Below, piece after piece: positions 1 to 8,718 of a stretch of 41,064 nucleotides of DNA; position 1 is the first letter of the stretch; every line of letters starts with the position of its first letter. The stretch is from the NCBI GenBank assembly GCA_029859385.1, contig JAOUDF010000002.1, forward strand, positions 1 to 41,064, read 5' to 3'. The notes below the pieces were generated by a model. The model searched no databases and was not told the DNA's origin. It saw only the letters and a list, made by a program, of their open reading frames with translations. The DNA is from Nitrospirota bacterium (GTDB lineage: Bacteria; Nitrospirota; JAOUDF01). A program made the translations under genes and the position numbers.

Positions 1-82
1 GTTGGAGGGATGCTTCAGTTCGCCGTTCACCGACACGCCACAGGGCCGGCAGCTGAACGGCGAACTGAAGCATCCCTCCAAC
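1..82. repeat. Perfect terminal inverted repeat: nt 1-27 are the exact reverse complement of nt 56-82, with a 28-nt loop
   Basis: Direct reading: gttggagggatgcttcagttcgccgtt (1-27) versus aacggcgaactgaagcatccctccaac (56-82). It lies inside the murJ coding frame at the window edge. Confidence 0.95.
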
Positions 83-676
83 CACGACGCCGATGGCAAG
101 GGCGACAATGGGCTGCTCCATCATTGGCGCTACGACGAGCGCCGCCGTGATCATCGCCACGTTGAGCATGACCGGTGAGAGGGCCGGCGCGGCGAAGGAC
201 CGCATCGAATTGAGTATCCCCATCATGAGGGCTGCAAGCCCGATGAAGACGAGATAGGGAAACATGATCCGGGTAAGTTCGGCAGTGAGGGTGAACTTCT
301 CGGGGATATCGTGGAAGCCGGGTGCAATGGCACGGACGATCCATGGCGCCGCAAGGATGCCCAGGGCGGTGATACATATAAGGATGAGGAAGAGGATGGT
401 GAAACTGGCCGATGCCATCCGCCAGGCATCTTCTTTCGATTTCTTCGTCGTGTAGTCGGTAAAGACGGGGATGAACGCCGCCGACATGGAGCCCTCGGCG
501 AACAGTTCACGCAGGAGGTTGGGTATCCTGAAACCGACGAAGAATGCGTCAGCCACCATACCGGCGCCAAAGACCTTCGCCATGACCATGTCGCGGACAA
601 AACCCAGGACACGGCTCAGAAGAGTCGCCGCACTGACTATACCTGCCGCCTTCGCTACCCTGCGTTCTTCGCTCAT
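1..676 (-). CDS. murJ: Lipid II flippase MurJ (MviN), N-terminal about 225 codons; the C-terminus runs off the left edge
   Basis: Missing from the ORF track because it has no stop codon in the window. Manual minus-strand translation from ATG at 676-674 gives MSEERRVAKAAGIVSAATLLSRVLGFVRDMVMAKVFGAGMVADAFFVGFRIPNLLRELFAEGSMSAAFIPVF...GGMLQFAVQLPALWRVG. This matches the conserved MurJ N-terminal motifs (LSRxLGFxRD, FRIPNxLRxLFAEG, QxPxL). Confidence 0.9.
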   Translation of the reverse strand, partial: MSEERRVAKAAGIVSAATLLSRVLGFVRDMVMAKVFGAGMVADAFFVGFRIPNLLRELFAEGSMSAAFIPVFTDYTTKKSKEDAWRMASASFTILFLILICITALGILAAPWIVRAIAPGFHDIPEKFTLTAELTRIMFPYLVFIGLAALMMGILNSMRSFAAPALSPVMLNVAMITAALVVAPMMEQPIVALAIGVVVGGMLQFAVQLPALWRVGERRTEASLQ

Positions 677-698
677 GAAAGGTGATTATATGCCGGGT

Positions 699-729
699 TT
701 GAAAAATTTAAAACCACTTATTATATAAT
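699..729 (+). promoter_or_regulatory. Candidate sigma70 promoter in the murJ / HD-GYP divergent spacer
   Basis: TTGAAA (699-704), 17 nt, TATATA (722-727; TATAAT at 724-729). By-eye match only. Confidence 0.3.
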
Positions 730-732
730 GTA

Positions 733-2226
733 ATGGCTCAATATTTTCGACATTTTGCCGTTATCATATCCGTTGTCAAAAAATCAACTGAAGCGATTTC
801 ACCAATAAGCGATCCTTACATGCCCAAAAAAAGTGTCAAGGCCATAACCGTCCGCAGCCTCATCAACTTCGTCCTGGTAGGGGCGCTGGCCATCATGGTT
901 ATTACCGCCGTGGGATTCCGATGGGTCTCTCACATGATCATCAAGGACAAGGCCATCGACATCTCAAAAGTCGTCATAGCGGGCCTTACGTCGCACATGA
1001 AGGCCGGGATCATGGACAGTCGCGACTACTTCCTGAGTGAGATACTTTCACTGGAAGAGGTGCGATCGATGCGCGTCATCCGGGGCCCCTACGTCGCGGC
1101 GCAGTTCGGATACGGCAAGGAACAGGAGCAGGCGCAGGACGCCCTGGCGACTTCGGTTTTTGCGACAGGGGAACCGAGGTTCATTGAACGTGAATTGGCA
1201 AAACAGCCGTATATTCGGGCCATCATCCCCTATGTGGCGACATCTAAAGGTTCCTTGAACTGTATCATGTGCCACATTGTACCGGAGAATACCGTCCTCG
1301 GAGCGGTCGATATCGAGATCGACCTGACCGCGTACCGGAACCTGGCGCTGAAGATAATAGCCGCCATCCTCTTTCTGTCTGTCGTCTTTATAGCCCTCAT
1401 AATCATTAATACCTTCGGGACCATTGACAAATATATCGCCCAACCATTGGGGAGCCTTATCTCAAATGCCCGGGAAGCATATATTCACAAGGATAACCTG
1501 AACCCGGAAGCCTACGAGAGCGCCGAGTTTGAGACCGTCGCAAAAGAGTTCAACCTTCTGAACACAGAGATCCTGGCAAACCAGGAAGAGTTGAAATTGA
1601 TGAACCGGCAGTTGATCAATCTCAACGATGAGATAGAAGACACACTGCGAGAGACCGTGTTCACCATGGGCATCATCGAGGAGAAACGCTCGAAGGAGAC
1701 AAGAAATCACACACTGCGTGTAACAAAATACAGTAACCTCATGGCAACTGCCCTGGAGCTCTCCGTAAAGGATATCGACCTGATCACATCAGCTTCGCCT
1801 CTTCATGATGTTGGCAAGATCGGCATACCTGACGCCATACTACTGAAGCCCGGGAAGCTGACTGCTGAAGAATATGAAATCATGAAAAACCATACTGAGA
1901 TCGGCCATGCCATGCTCGAACATTCCCAGCGAGATATCCTGAAAGCCGCGGCCATCATCGCCCAACAGCATCACGAGAAGTGGGACGGCAGTGGTTATCC
2001 GCAAGGTCTTAAGGGCGAAGAGATACATATCTTCGGCCGTATCGTCGCTGTCGCCGATGTATTTGACGCCCTTGTTTCGAGTCGTGTATACAAGCAATCA
2101 TGGAGTACTGAAGACATCATCGAGTGCTTCAAAAAAGAGAGCGGAAGGCATTTTGACCCTGCTCTTGTAGAGATTTTTCTGACGTACTCAAATAAATTTA
2201 AAGAAATTTACGAGAACAATAAATAA
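733..2226 (+). CDS. Membrane-bound HD-GYP c-di-GMP phosphodiesterase with a periplasmic heme-c (CxxCH, DUF3365-like) sensor domain
   Basis: HD-GYP signature HDVGKIGIPDAILLKPGKLT ... HHEKWDGSGYPQGL. Two TM segments (LINFVLVGALAIMVITAVGF and IIAAILFLSVVFIALIIINTF) flank about 170 aa that end in SLNCIMCH (CIMCH at nt 1261-1275). A coiled-coil linker follows. An alternative start at ATG 820 (MPKKSVKAITVR...) fits the positive-inside N-terminus better. Confidence 0.85.
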   Translation: MAQYFRHFAVIISVVKKSTEAISPISDPYMPKKSVKAITVRSLINFVLVGALAIMVITAVGFRWVSHMIIKDKAIDISKVVIAGLTSHMKAGIMDSRDYFLSEILSLEEVRSMRVIRGPYVAAQFGYGKEQEQAQDALATSVFATGEPRFIERELAKQPYIRAIIPYVATSKGSLNCIMCHIVPENTVLGAVDIEIDLTAYRNLALKIIAAILFLSVVFIALIIINTFGTIDKYIAQPLGSLISNAREAYIHKDNLNPEAYESAEFETVAKEFNLLNTEILANQEELKLMNRQLINLNDEIEDTLRETVFTMGIIEEKRSKETRNHTLRVTKYSNLMATALELSVKDIDLITSASPLHDVGKIGIPDAILLKPGKLTAEEYEIMKNHTEIGHAMLEHSQRDILKAAAIIAQQHHEKWDGSGYPQGLKGEEIHIFGRIVAVADVFDALVSSRVYKQSWSTEDIIECFKKESGRHFDPALVEIFLTYSNKFKEIYENNK

Positions 2227-2540
2227 ACGGTGCTTCTTGCAAACCATTTATTCATGCGTATCTACAGAGATACTCCAACTACTTGCAGAAAGATGCATAG
2301 AAAATATTGCAACTATTGCGACAAGATGATATTAAAGTCCGAAACATTGATGTCGATTAGTTATCACAACAACTCGAGCAAATGCTCGAAACGGGATTCA
2401 GGCATCTCAGCTTTTTTATTGGTCGGGCCTCTTGGAGAGGCGGCCCTTTGCTAACGATGGGGGTAACCAAACTGAACAGCAGTGTATTTCCTCCCCTGTC
2501 GGCGGCAGCCATAGACTCTCTCCGGAAAGGAGGAAACTAA

Positions 2541-2936
2541 ATGTCTACCACAACAAAGACTGCTGCTAAGCCTGCTGCCAAGAAGGCCGCTGCTAAGCCT
2601 GCTGCCAAGAAGGCCGCTGCTAAGAAGCCTGCTGCCAAAAAGGCCGCTGCTAAGAAGCCTGCTGCCAAGAAGGCCGCTGCTAAGAAGCCTGCTGCCAAGA
2701 AGGCCGCTGCTAAGAAGCCCGCTGCCAAGAAGGCCGCTGCTAAGAAGCCCGCTGCCAAAAAGGCCGCTGCTAAGAAGCCCGCTGCCAAAAAGGCCGCTGC
2801 TAAGAAGCCTGCTGCCAAGAAGGCCGCTGCTAAGAAGCCTGCTGCCAAGAAGGCCGCTGCTAAGAAGCCTGCTGCCAAGAAGGCGGTGGCTAAGCCTGCT
2901 GCTGCCGCTCCGGCCGCTGCACCTGCCCCTAAGTGA
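2541..2936 (+). CDS. Lys/Ala/Pro-repeat basic protein (histone H1 / AlgP / Hc2-like nucleoid-associated protein)
   Basis: 131 aa, almost entirely [10 protein letters not shown] decapeptide repeats. Strong RBS (AAAGGAGGAAACTAAATG) and an intrinsic terminator directly downstream. Confidence 0.8.
   Translation: MSTTTKTAAKPAAKKAAAKPAAKKAAAKKPAAKKAAAKKPAAKKAAAKKPAAKKAAAKKPAAKKAAAKKPAAKKAAAKKPAAKKAAAKKPAAKKAAAKKPAAKKAAAKKPAAKKAVAKPAAAAPAAAPAPK
2562..2885 (+). repeat. In-frame tandem repeat array: 2 x 27 bp (AAKPAAKKA) followed by 9 x 30 bp ([10 protein letters not shown])
   Basis: Units of gctgctaagaagccYgctgccaaRaaggcc start at 2616 with an exact 30-bp period. The only variation is synonymous: cct/ccc and aag/aaa, with the ccc variant confined to units 4-6. 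Confidence 0.95.
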
Positions 2937-2942
2937 ATACAA

Positions 2943-2968
2943 GGGGGCGGGCAACCGCCCCCCATTTT
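2943..2968 (+). terminator. Rho-independent terminator after the Lys/Ala-repeat gene
   Basis: GGGGGCGG (2943-2950), GCAA loop, CCGCCCCC (2955-2962), followed by CATTTTCC. Confidence 0.75.
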
Positions 2969-3024
2969 CCTCCTCTTTAGCTCTCTCTCACGACTCAACA
3001 CTCTGATTTCTCCCGCAGAGGGAC

Positions 3025-5685
3025 ATGGCATTTTCCAGTCCCCTGAGCTATAATCCGCCCATGGCTGACGAAACACCGCTCATGCGGCAATACAACGAAA
3101 TCAAGGCCCGCTATCAGGACGCCATCCTCTTTTTCAGGATGGGGGATTTCTATGAAATGTTTGGAGATGATGCGGTACGGGCCGCGAAGATATTAGAGAT
3201 CGCCCTCACCGCCAGGAACAAGGGGAAGGGTGACGAAACACCCCTGTGCGGCGTCCCTTATCACGCCGCCGACGGCTATCTCGCCAAGCTTGTACGACAG
3301 GGATTCAAGGTCGCCATCTGCGAACAGGTGGAAGATCCGCGACTCGCAAAAGGGATTGTAAAGCGCGAAGTCATCCGCGTGGTGACGCCCGGCACGGTCC
3401 TCTCTCCCGATCTTTTGAATGCCAACGACAACAACTACCTCGTCTCCGTTTCACCCTTCCAGGATCGCATCGGCCTCGCCTTTGTCGACCTCTCGACAGG
3501 CGACATTTTCGTCAGTCGCGTTTCATCCGATCCATCCTTCTCGACACTCCGGGATGAAATCGGTCGTTTCGCACCGACCGAAGCCATACTTCCCTCGCGT
3601 CTCGAATCATCACCTCTCGCTGAAATGCTCCGCGAGATGATCCGCTCGGTTATACCGGTGGAAGACAGGGCCTTCGATACAACCCGCTCTGAAAAGGTTT
3701 TGACGGAATACTACGGTGTCGCCTCGCTCGACGGCTTCGGTTGTCGCGACATCAATGAAGCCGTCTCCGCCGCCGGCGCGACGGTCTATTACCTGAGAGA
3801 AAATCAGAAGTCGGCCGTCGACAACCTCAAGGAGCTGCGCGTCGTTTTCCCCGAAGAGTTCATGGTCATCGATGTCGCCTCCCAGAGAAACCTCGAACTG
3901 ATCCGCACTGTTGAAGGCGACCGAAAAGGTTCACTGCTTCATGTGCTCGACCACTCCATCACCGCCATGGGAAGTCGTCTTCTCAAAGACTGGCTGCTGC
4001 GGCCGCTCAGAAATGTTGATGCTGTCGTCGCAAGACAGGATGGCGTTACAGAACTGCGCGAACAGTTACAGCTGAGACATGCCGTTCGGGAGCTATTGGA
4101 AAAAGTCTATGACCTCGAACGAATCATAAGCCGCATCTCCCTGGGCGCCACCGGCCCCAAAGATATGGTAGCACTGAGAGAATCGTTGCGGCAGTTGCCG
4201 CCCATGGGCGAGGCCATCTCGGGTACAACATCAAACATCCTCTCTGAAGTTGCCCGCTCATGGGATAATGCGGAAGATATCCACTCGCTGTTGCAGGAGG
4301 CCATAGAAGACAACCCTCCCTTTTCGCTCAAGGACGGCGGCGTCATTCGTCGTGGATACCATGCCGAGCTCGACGAGTATCGAAGGCTATCCACCGAAGG
4401 GAAAGACATCATCGCCTCCATCGAAACACGGGAGAGAGAGCGGACCGGCATCGCATCGCTTAAAGTCCGCTACAACAAGGTCTTCGGTTACTACATCGAA
4501 ATAACCAAGGCCAACCTCGCATCGGTACCCGACGACTATATCCGCAAACAAACACTGGTCAACGCCGAGCGGTTCATCACCCCCGAGTTGAAGGAGTACG
4601 AAGAAAAAGTTCTGCATGCGCACGACAGGATGGTAGAACTGGAGAGCACACTCTTCCAGCAGGTAAGGGAGAAGGTTGCCGCGGAGACGCGCAGGATTCA
4701 GTGGATCGCCGAAAAGGTCGCGCTGCTCGACGTGCTTTCGGCGCTGGCGGAGACCGCGCACCGGAACAACTACACGCGCCCCGAGGTTCTCGAGGGGAAC
4801 GACATTACCATCATCGAAGGTCGCCATCCGGTCGTAGAGCAGCTTGCCGGCGGCAACCGCTTTGTACCCAACGACCTGATGCTCGACGACGAGAACAACC
4901 GGATACTCATCATCACCGGCCCCAACATGGCGGGCAAGTCGACCTACATGCGGCAATGTGCCCTTATCTGCATAATGGCCCAGATGGGCTCATTCGTCCC
5001 GGCACAAGAGGCAAAGATCAGCTTGCTCGACCGCATCTTCACCCGCGTCGGCGCCGCCGATTTCATGGCCCGCGGACAGAGCACCTTCATGGTCGAGATG
5101 AGCGAAACCGCCAACATTCTGCACAATGCCACCGCCAAAAGTCTCATCATCCTCGACGAAGTCGGCCGGGGTACCAGCACCTTCGACGGCCTCTCCATCG
5201 CCTGGGCCGTGGTCGAATACCTGCACGAACAGAAAAGCGGTGCGCGGGTCCTTTTCGCCACCCACTATCACGAGTTGACCGAACTGGCCCTCACCCTCTC
5301 CGGGGTGAAGAACGTCAGCGTTGCCGTGAAGGAATGGAATGAGGAAATCATCTTTTTACGCAAGATCATTGACGGCGGGGCAGACAGAAGTTACGGTATA
5401 CAGGTGGCAAGACTCGCGGGACTTCCCGCACAGGTGATTGAGAGGAGCAAGGAGATCCTGTCGAATCTCGAAGGCAAGGAACTCAACGAGATCGGCGAAC
5501 CAAAGATCGCGGCGACATCACACCCCGCCCAGAGACACGATGTCCCCCAGCTCGACCTCTTCACGGTGCAGCCCGATCCCGTGATAAAAGAGCTGCTGGG
5601 CGTCGACCTCCTCAACATGACGCCGCTTCAGGCAATGAACACGCTGTTCGAGCTGCATAAAAAAGCCCAGTCGACCCGCGGTTGA
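3025..5685 (+). CDS. mutS: DNA mismatch repair protein MutS
   Basis: [35 protein letters not shown]-terminus, Walker [23 protein letters not shown] and [12 protein letters not shown] motifs. Alternative start at 3061 ([11 protein letters not shown]). Confidence 0.97.
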   Translation: MAFSSPLSYNPPMADETPLMRQYNEIKARYQDAILFFRMGDFYEMFGDDAVRAAKILEIALTARNKGKGDETPLCGVPYHAADGYLAKLVRQGFKVAICEQVEDPRLAKGIVKREVIRVVTPGTVLSPDLLNANDNNYLVSVSPFQDRIGLAFVDLSTGDIFVSRVSSDPSFSTLRDEIGRFAPTEAILPSRLESSPLAEMLREMIRSVIPVEDRAFDTTRSEKVLTEYYGVASLDGFGCRDINEAVSAAGATVYYLRENQKSAVDNLKELRVVFPEEFMVIDVASQRNLELIRTVEGDRKGSLLHVLDHSITAMGSRLLKDWLLRPLRNVDAVVARQDGVTELREQLQLRHAVRELLEKVYDLERIISRISLGATGPKDMVALRESLRQLPPMGEAISGTTSNILSEVARSWDNAEDIHSLLQEAIEDNPPFSLKDGGVIRRGYHAELDEYRRLSTEGKDIIASIETRERERTGIASLKVRYNKVFGYYIEITKANLASVPDDYIRKQTLVNAERFITPELKEYEEKVLHAHDRMVELESTLFQQVREKVAAETRRIQWIAEKVALLDVLSALAETAHRNNYTRPEVLEGNDITIIEGRHPVVEQLAGGNRFVPNDLMLDDENNRILIITGPNMAGKSTYMRQCALICIMAQMGSFVPAQEAKISLLDRIFTRVGAADFMARGQSTFMVEMSETANILHNATAKSLIILDEVGRGTSTFDGLSIAWAVVEYLHEQKSGARVLFATHYHELTELALTLSGVKNVSVAVKEWNEEIIFLRKIIDGGADRSYGIQVARLAGLPAQVIERSKEILSNLEGKELNEIGEPKIAATSHPAQRHDVPQLDLFTVQPDPVIKELLGVDLLNMTPLQAMNTLFELHKKAQSTRG

Positions 5686-5721
5686 ACCGGTGCGTGGTCG
5701 GCCAAAATGATGGAGTCGTCC

Positions 5722-6054
5722 ATGAAAATCTTCTCCCTTTTTCTGCTGCCTGTCCTTCTCGTTGGCTGTCAGGCCAAGCCCCAGGGTGAGACCATTTCTC
5801 TGCCCGCCACCGCCGCGCAGACACCGGCAAAGAATCCCGACACTCCTGCCGAGACAGGCAAGAAGGATACATCGCTGCATACCACCGACGACGAAACCTC
5901 CGTATACCACAAGGCCGTCAAGATACGCGTCAAGCGCGACCCCAAGAACGGCTATTCATGGGAACTCACCGGCGACAGTGTGAAGGATATCGTCGCCATG
6001 GACAAAGAGTTGAGAAACAAGCTTCTGGCTGACGAAAAATCAGCGCCGCAATAA
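5722..6054 (+). CDS. Small lipoprotein of unknown function
   Basis: MKIFSLFLLPVLLVGC has a lipobox (LVGC). GGAG lies 7 nt upstream of ATG 5722. The ORF-track start at 5707 is upstream of this RBS. Confidence 0.6.
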   Translation: MKIFSLFLLPVLLVGCQAKPQGETISLPATAAQTPAKNPDTPAETGKKDTSLHTTDDETSVYHKAVKIRVKRDPKNGYSWELTGDSVKDIVAMDKELRNKLLADEKSAPQ

Positions 6055-6087
6055 AATGGCGCATCGAGCGCCTGAAGGAACAAAGTC

Positions 6088-6537
6088 ATGCCGATACTTT
6101 TCCTGAGTATACTTATCGCCACAATGTCGATTGTCGCCGAACCGGCGAAGGCCGAACAGAAGATCGAGGTCATGGTGAGCTGGAACACATGGGAGACCAA
6201 CCTCGACGAAAAGGGGGAGTCAGGGAACCTTACCTGTATAGGCTACTATTCCGAGAAGGAATACTTCGAAGGGGCAGATGAAGCCCCTCACAGTGCGCCC
6301 TACGACGTCGCGGCCGACCTCGACATCTTTCCGCTGGGCACCATCATGCATGTAGGCGCCGGCATCGGCTGGGTAAAGGTGGTCGATGTATGCGGTGCAT
6401 GCAAGGGGCGACTGATGATCGATGTCTGGTGCGGCAAGAACGAATATATGCACCGACGAGACAATATCACCGCCCCGGCTATCGTTGTCAGAAGGGGCAA
6501 CAACGACGCGCCATACCCTCAACTGTCGGGAAACTAG
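6088..6537 (+). CDS. Secreted 3D-domain (MltA/RlpA-like double-psi beta-barrel) protein
   Basis: Signal peptide MPILFLSILIATMSIVAEPAKA. C-terminal DVAADLDIFPLGTIMHV...VKVVDVCGACKGRLMIDVW resembles the three-Asp 3D-domain pattern (AVDP..PLGT...DTGGAIKG..IDxF). Confidence 0.55.
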   Translation: MPILFLSILIATMSIVAEPAKAEQKIEVMVSWNTWETNLDEKGESGNLTCIGYYSEKEYFEGADEAPHSAPYDVAADLDIFPLGTIMHVGAGIGWVKVVDVCGACKGRLMIDVWCGKNEYMHRRDNITAPAIVVRRGNNDAPYPQLSGN

Positions 6538-6556
6538 TCCCGAAGTATTAACTTCG

Positions 6557-6583
6557 AAAAAAAGCCCGGCGTTACCGCCGGAC
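6557..6583 (-). terminator. Intrinsic terminator between convergent genes, strong on the minus strand
   Basis: GCCCGGCG (6564-6571), TTAC loop, CGCCGGAC (6576-6583), with an A7 run at 6557-6563. The minus strand therefore reads stem-loop followed by TTTTTTT. Confidence 0.75.
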
Positions 6584-6628
6584 TTCTCACCCCTGGATAC
6601 CCCAAGGACCTTATCCACTCTCCCTCAA

Positions 6629-6847
6629 TCAGACAGACTTGGGCGTCAGGTCGTCCCCTTTCTCAAGATGCTTTCTGAACTTGATCGGGTTCCTGAACTT
6701 CTTCTGACATACCGGGCAGGTAAGGTCCCCGGCCTCGGCGAGACTTAAAGCTACCGCGACAAAGAGAACCAATAGGCCGACAACAATCATTACGGGAAAA
6801 ATCGCCGGCATTGAGGCAGCTGCACTAAAAGGAATATGAGCAAGCAT
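6629..6847 (-). CDS. 72-aa single-pass membrane protein with a C-terminal CPVC...H zinc-finger-like tail
   Basis: GGAGG RBS 7 nt upstream (GCGGAGGTGTGTCATG). Own terminator at 6557-6583. TM segment IFPVMIVVGLLVLFVAVALSL, then CPVCQKKFRNPIKFRKHLEKG. Confidence 0.55.
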   Translation of the reverse strand: MLAHIPFSAAASMPAIFPVMIVVGLLVLFVAVALSLAEAGDLTCPVCQKKFRNPIKFRKHLEKGDDLTPKSV

Positions 6848-7274
6848 GACACACCTCCGCGCTACAATTAAAATATATTCAGGAGTGATCTTGTCTCCTA
6901 TTTATAAAGATAGCACGGGAAGGGGGAGTGTCAATGGTTGAAACGACCATAAAGTCGGGGCGGGGAGAATTCAACTGGACAACCCGAAACCGTCTGCCCT
7001 GCGAGAATGGGGAGCGTAACCCCGTCTTTGAAAATGCGTCGCCACAGTGTGAGGTCGAGCGTGGAATGTAGACGCAAACAGGCCAAGACTACCCTTCGTC
7101 ATCACGGGACTAAACAAGAGCACGGGGTAATCAGGCTTTCACCGTAAACCGCTTAAGATCGCCATATCGGAATGGCATTTCTCATTTTACGGTGCCTTTG
7201 CGGAAAGTCATCGGTCGACAATATTAGTGGAGGCGGGTAAAACAGCATACTCCCGGGACATCAGGGTAGCGCCA

Positions 7275-8663
7275 CTATATCTCGATAGCTTTTCCCGAAA
7301 GCCCCTTGATCTCCGGCATCCCCAGCAGATTCAATACCGTCGGAGCTATATCCATAAGATGCAGATTGTCCTTCTTAGTGCCCTTACCACCAGTGCCATT
7401 CTTGTTACTCATTATAAAAATACCGTTCTGGGCGTGATTTGCATCATCCGGGCCGGTATCATTCTCGAAAATGTGAATCCGGCCATGACCGACACTTCCA
7501 GCAGCCCTCCAAAAAAGATTGCCCAACACAACAATAAGGTCAGGGGGTATACCTCTGCACTCCTCGTACAACTCTTGCGGCTTATAAACTTTTGTCCCGA
7601 TAGGTCGCCCTGCTTCATCTCCCAGGGATTCCAGCTTTTCTCTCAGCTGATCTCTGACAGACTCATATTCCTCAGGGACAATCACCCCCTGTTTTTCCCT
7701 CCCTTTTACATTAAGGAATACCCTCGAATAATAGCCCCCCTCGCCCCAGGCAATCGTCTTGTCCCAGTCTATGTCGGACTTGTTCAAAGGAGTAATGCCC
7801 GTAGGAACTGTTTTCAAAGTCAGGTAGCCATTCTGCATAAGCCATTCATTAATGCATATGGCACCGTCCATCTTCTTGGCACCATGATCAGAGACTATAA
7901 GTACGGTTGTATCCGGTCCCAGCACGGCAAGCAATTCACCTATCTCCTGGTCCACGTATTTGTAATAATCCAGAACAGCGTTTTCAAACGGATTGCCCTT
8001 CTCATAGAGGCGGTGTTCCTTGTCAAAGTACCGCCAAAAAGCATGATGAATCCGGTCCGTTCCCATCTCAACCATCATGAAAAAGTCCCATTCTCTTGAC
8101 GATACAAGGTGCTTGGCAACCTTGAATCTCTGCCGGGTCATATCATAAATGCCATTGAGTGTCTGCTGCTTGTTCTCACTTCTGAAATCTGGCACATCCA
8201 AAATATACTCTCCCGCGACCTGAATTAACTCCTCCTTCAGTGTCGGCGGATAGGTATACTGACTGGCGGGGCTCGGCGTGAGAAAGCAGCTGACCATGCA
8301 ACCATTGATTTCCCTCGGGGGGTATGTCTGCGGCACTCCGACAAGGATCGATTTTTTCTGCTTTCTGGCGATAATATCCCATACTGTATCTGCTTTGATA
8401 TCACGCGAAGTCGCTATAGACAGGCCGTCATAAGAGTAATCCTTCCTGTTCCTGAAACCGTAAATACCCAGCTCACCAGGGTCCTTGCCTGTCACCATGC
8501 AGGTCCATGCCGGCACGGTAATCGGAGGGATAATGCTTTCAAGTTCTCCATAGACACCGGAATCCATCAGTCGTCGCAGGTTGGGTAGATGATCGCGCCA
8601 CTCACCGAAAATTAACTGCGGTGTAGCACAATCCAATCCTATTACCGCCACATTTCTTTCCAT
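7275..8663 (-). CDS. Alkaline-phosphatase-superfamily protein, nucleotide pyrophosphatase/phosphodiesterase (NPP) type, cytoplasmic
   Basis: VIGLDC metal-ligand Asp, IIPPITVPAWTCMVTGKDPGELG nucleophile-Thr motif, VSDHGA motif. No signal peptide or TM segment. Paralog of 11091-12713. Confidence 0.8.
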   Translation of the reverse strand: MERNVAVIGLDCATPQLIFGEWRDHLPNLRRLMDSGVYGELESIIPPITVPAWTCMVTGKDPGELGIYGFRNRKDYSYDGLSIATSRDIKADTVWDIIARKQKKSILVGVPQTYPPREINGCMVSCFLTPSPASQYTYPPTLKEELIQVAGEYILDVPDFRSENKQQTLNGIYDMTRQRFKVAKHLVSSREWDFFMMVEMGTDRIHHAFWRYFDKEHRLYEKGNPFENAVLDYYKYVDQEIGELLAVLGPDTTVLIVSDHGAKKMDGAICINEWLMQNGYLTLKTVPTGITPLNKSDIDWDKTIAWGEGGYYSRVFLNVKGREKQGVIVPEEYESVRDQLREKLESLGDEAGRPIGTKVYKPQELYEECRGIPPDLIVVLGNLFWRAAGSVGHGRIHIFENDTGPDDANHAQNGIFIMSNKNGTGGKGTKKDNLHLMDIAPTVLNLLGMPEIKGLSGKAIEI

Positions 8664-8718
8664 AATTATCTACTCCAGAAGCCGCAAGCGGTCGTCATTA
8701 ACGTTATAACGCTGGCTC

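Noticed and set aside
223-685. ORF-track entries 223-612(-), 311-685(+) and 264-455(+)
   Set aside because: All overlap the murJ frame. The track omits murJ only because it has no stop codon in the window. None of them has a recognisable motif.
2230-2454. 74-aa Cys-rich ORF between the HD-GYP gene and the Lys/Ala-repeat gene
   Set aside because: It has a non-ATG start, no RBS, and lies in an AT-rich intergenic region. A weak TTGCAA-17-TATTAA promoter (2307-2335) and an imperfect hairpin (2427-2448) could instead define a leader or sRNA, but the evidence is too thin to call.
2562-2885. CRISPR-like regular repeat
   Set aside because: The repeats are directly abutting with no spacers, are in frame, and encode the Lys/Ala decapeptide. 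No cas genes are present in the window.
2451-3076. Two minus-strand ORFs (167 and 179 aa) across the 30-bp repeat array
   Set aside because: They are mirror translations of the repeat ([10 protein letters not shown] / [10 protein letters not shown]) and have no RBS. The plus-strand frame has a strong RBS, an ATG and a terminator.
6848-7274. tmRNA, RNase P RNA or cobalamin riboswitch in the long spacer
   Set aside because: Isolated resemblances are present: GGGGCGGGGAGAATTCAAC, CCCGCCTCCAC on the minus strand, GCGGAAAGTC, GCCACAGTG and GGCCAAGAC. They occur in the wrong order, strand or spacing. There is no T-arm, no ANDxxYALAA-type tag frame, no P4 pairing, and no downstream gene on the riboswitch strand. 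I kept the region only as an unassigned structured region.
7227-8099. 290-aa plus-strand ORF
   Set aside because: It is antisense to the NPP-type gene, whose motifs are clear. It starts inside the non-coding spacer without an RBS and has no recognisable domain.
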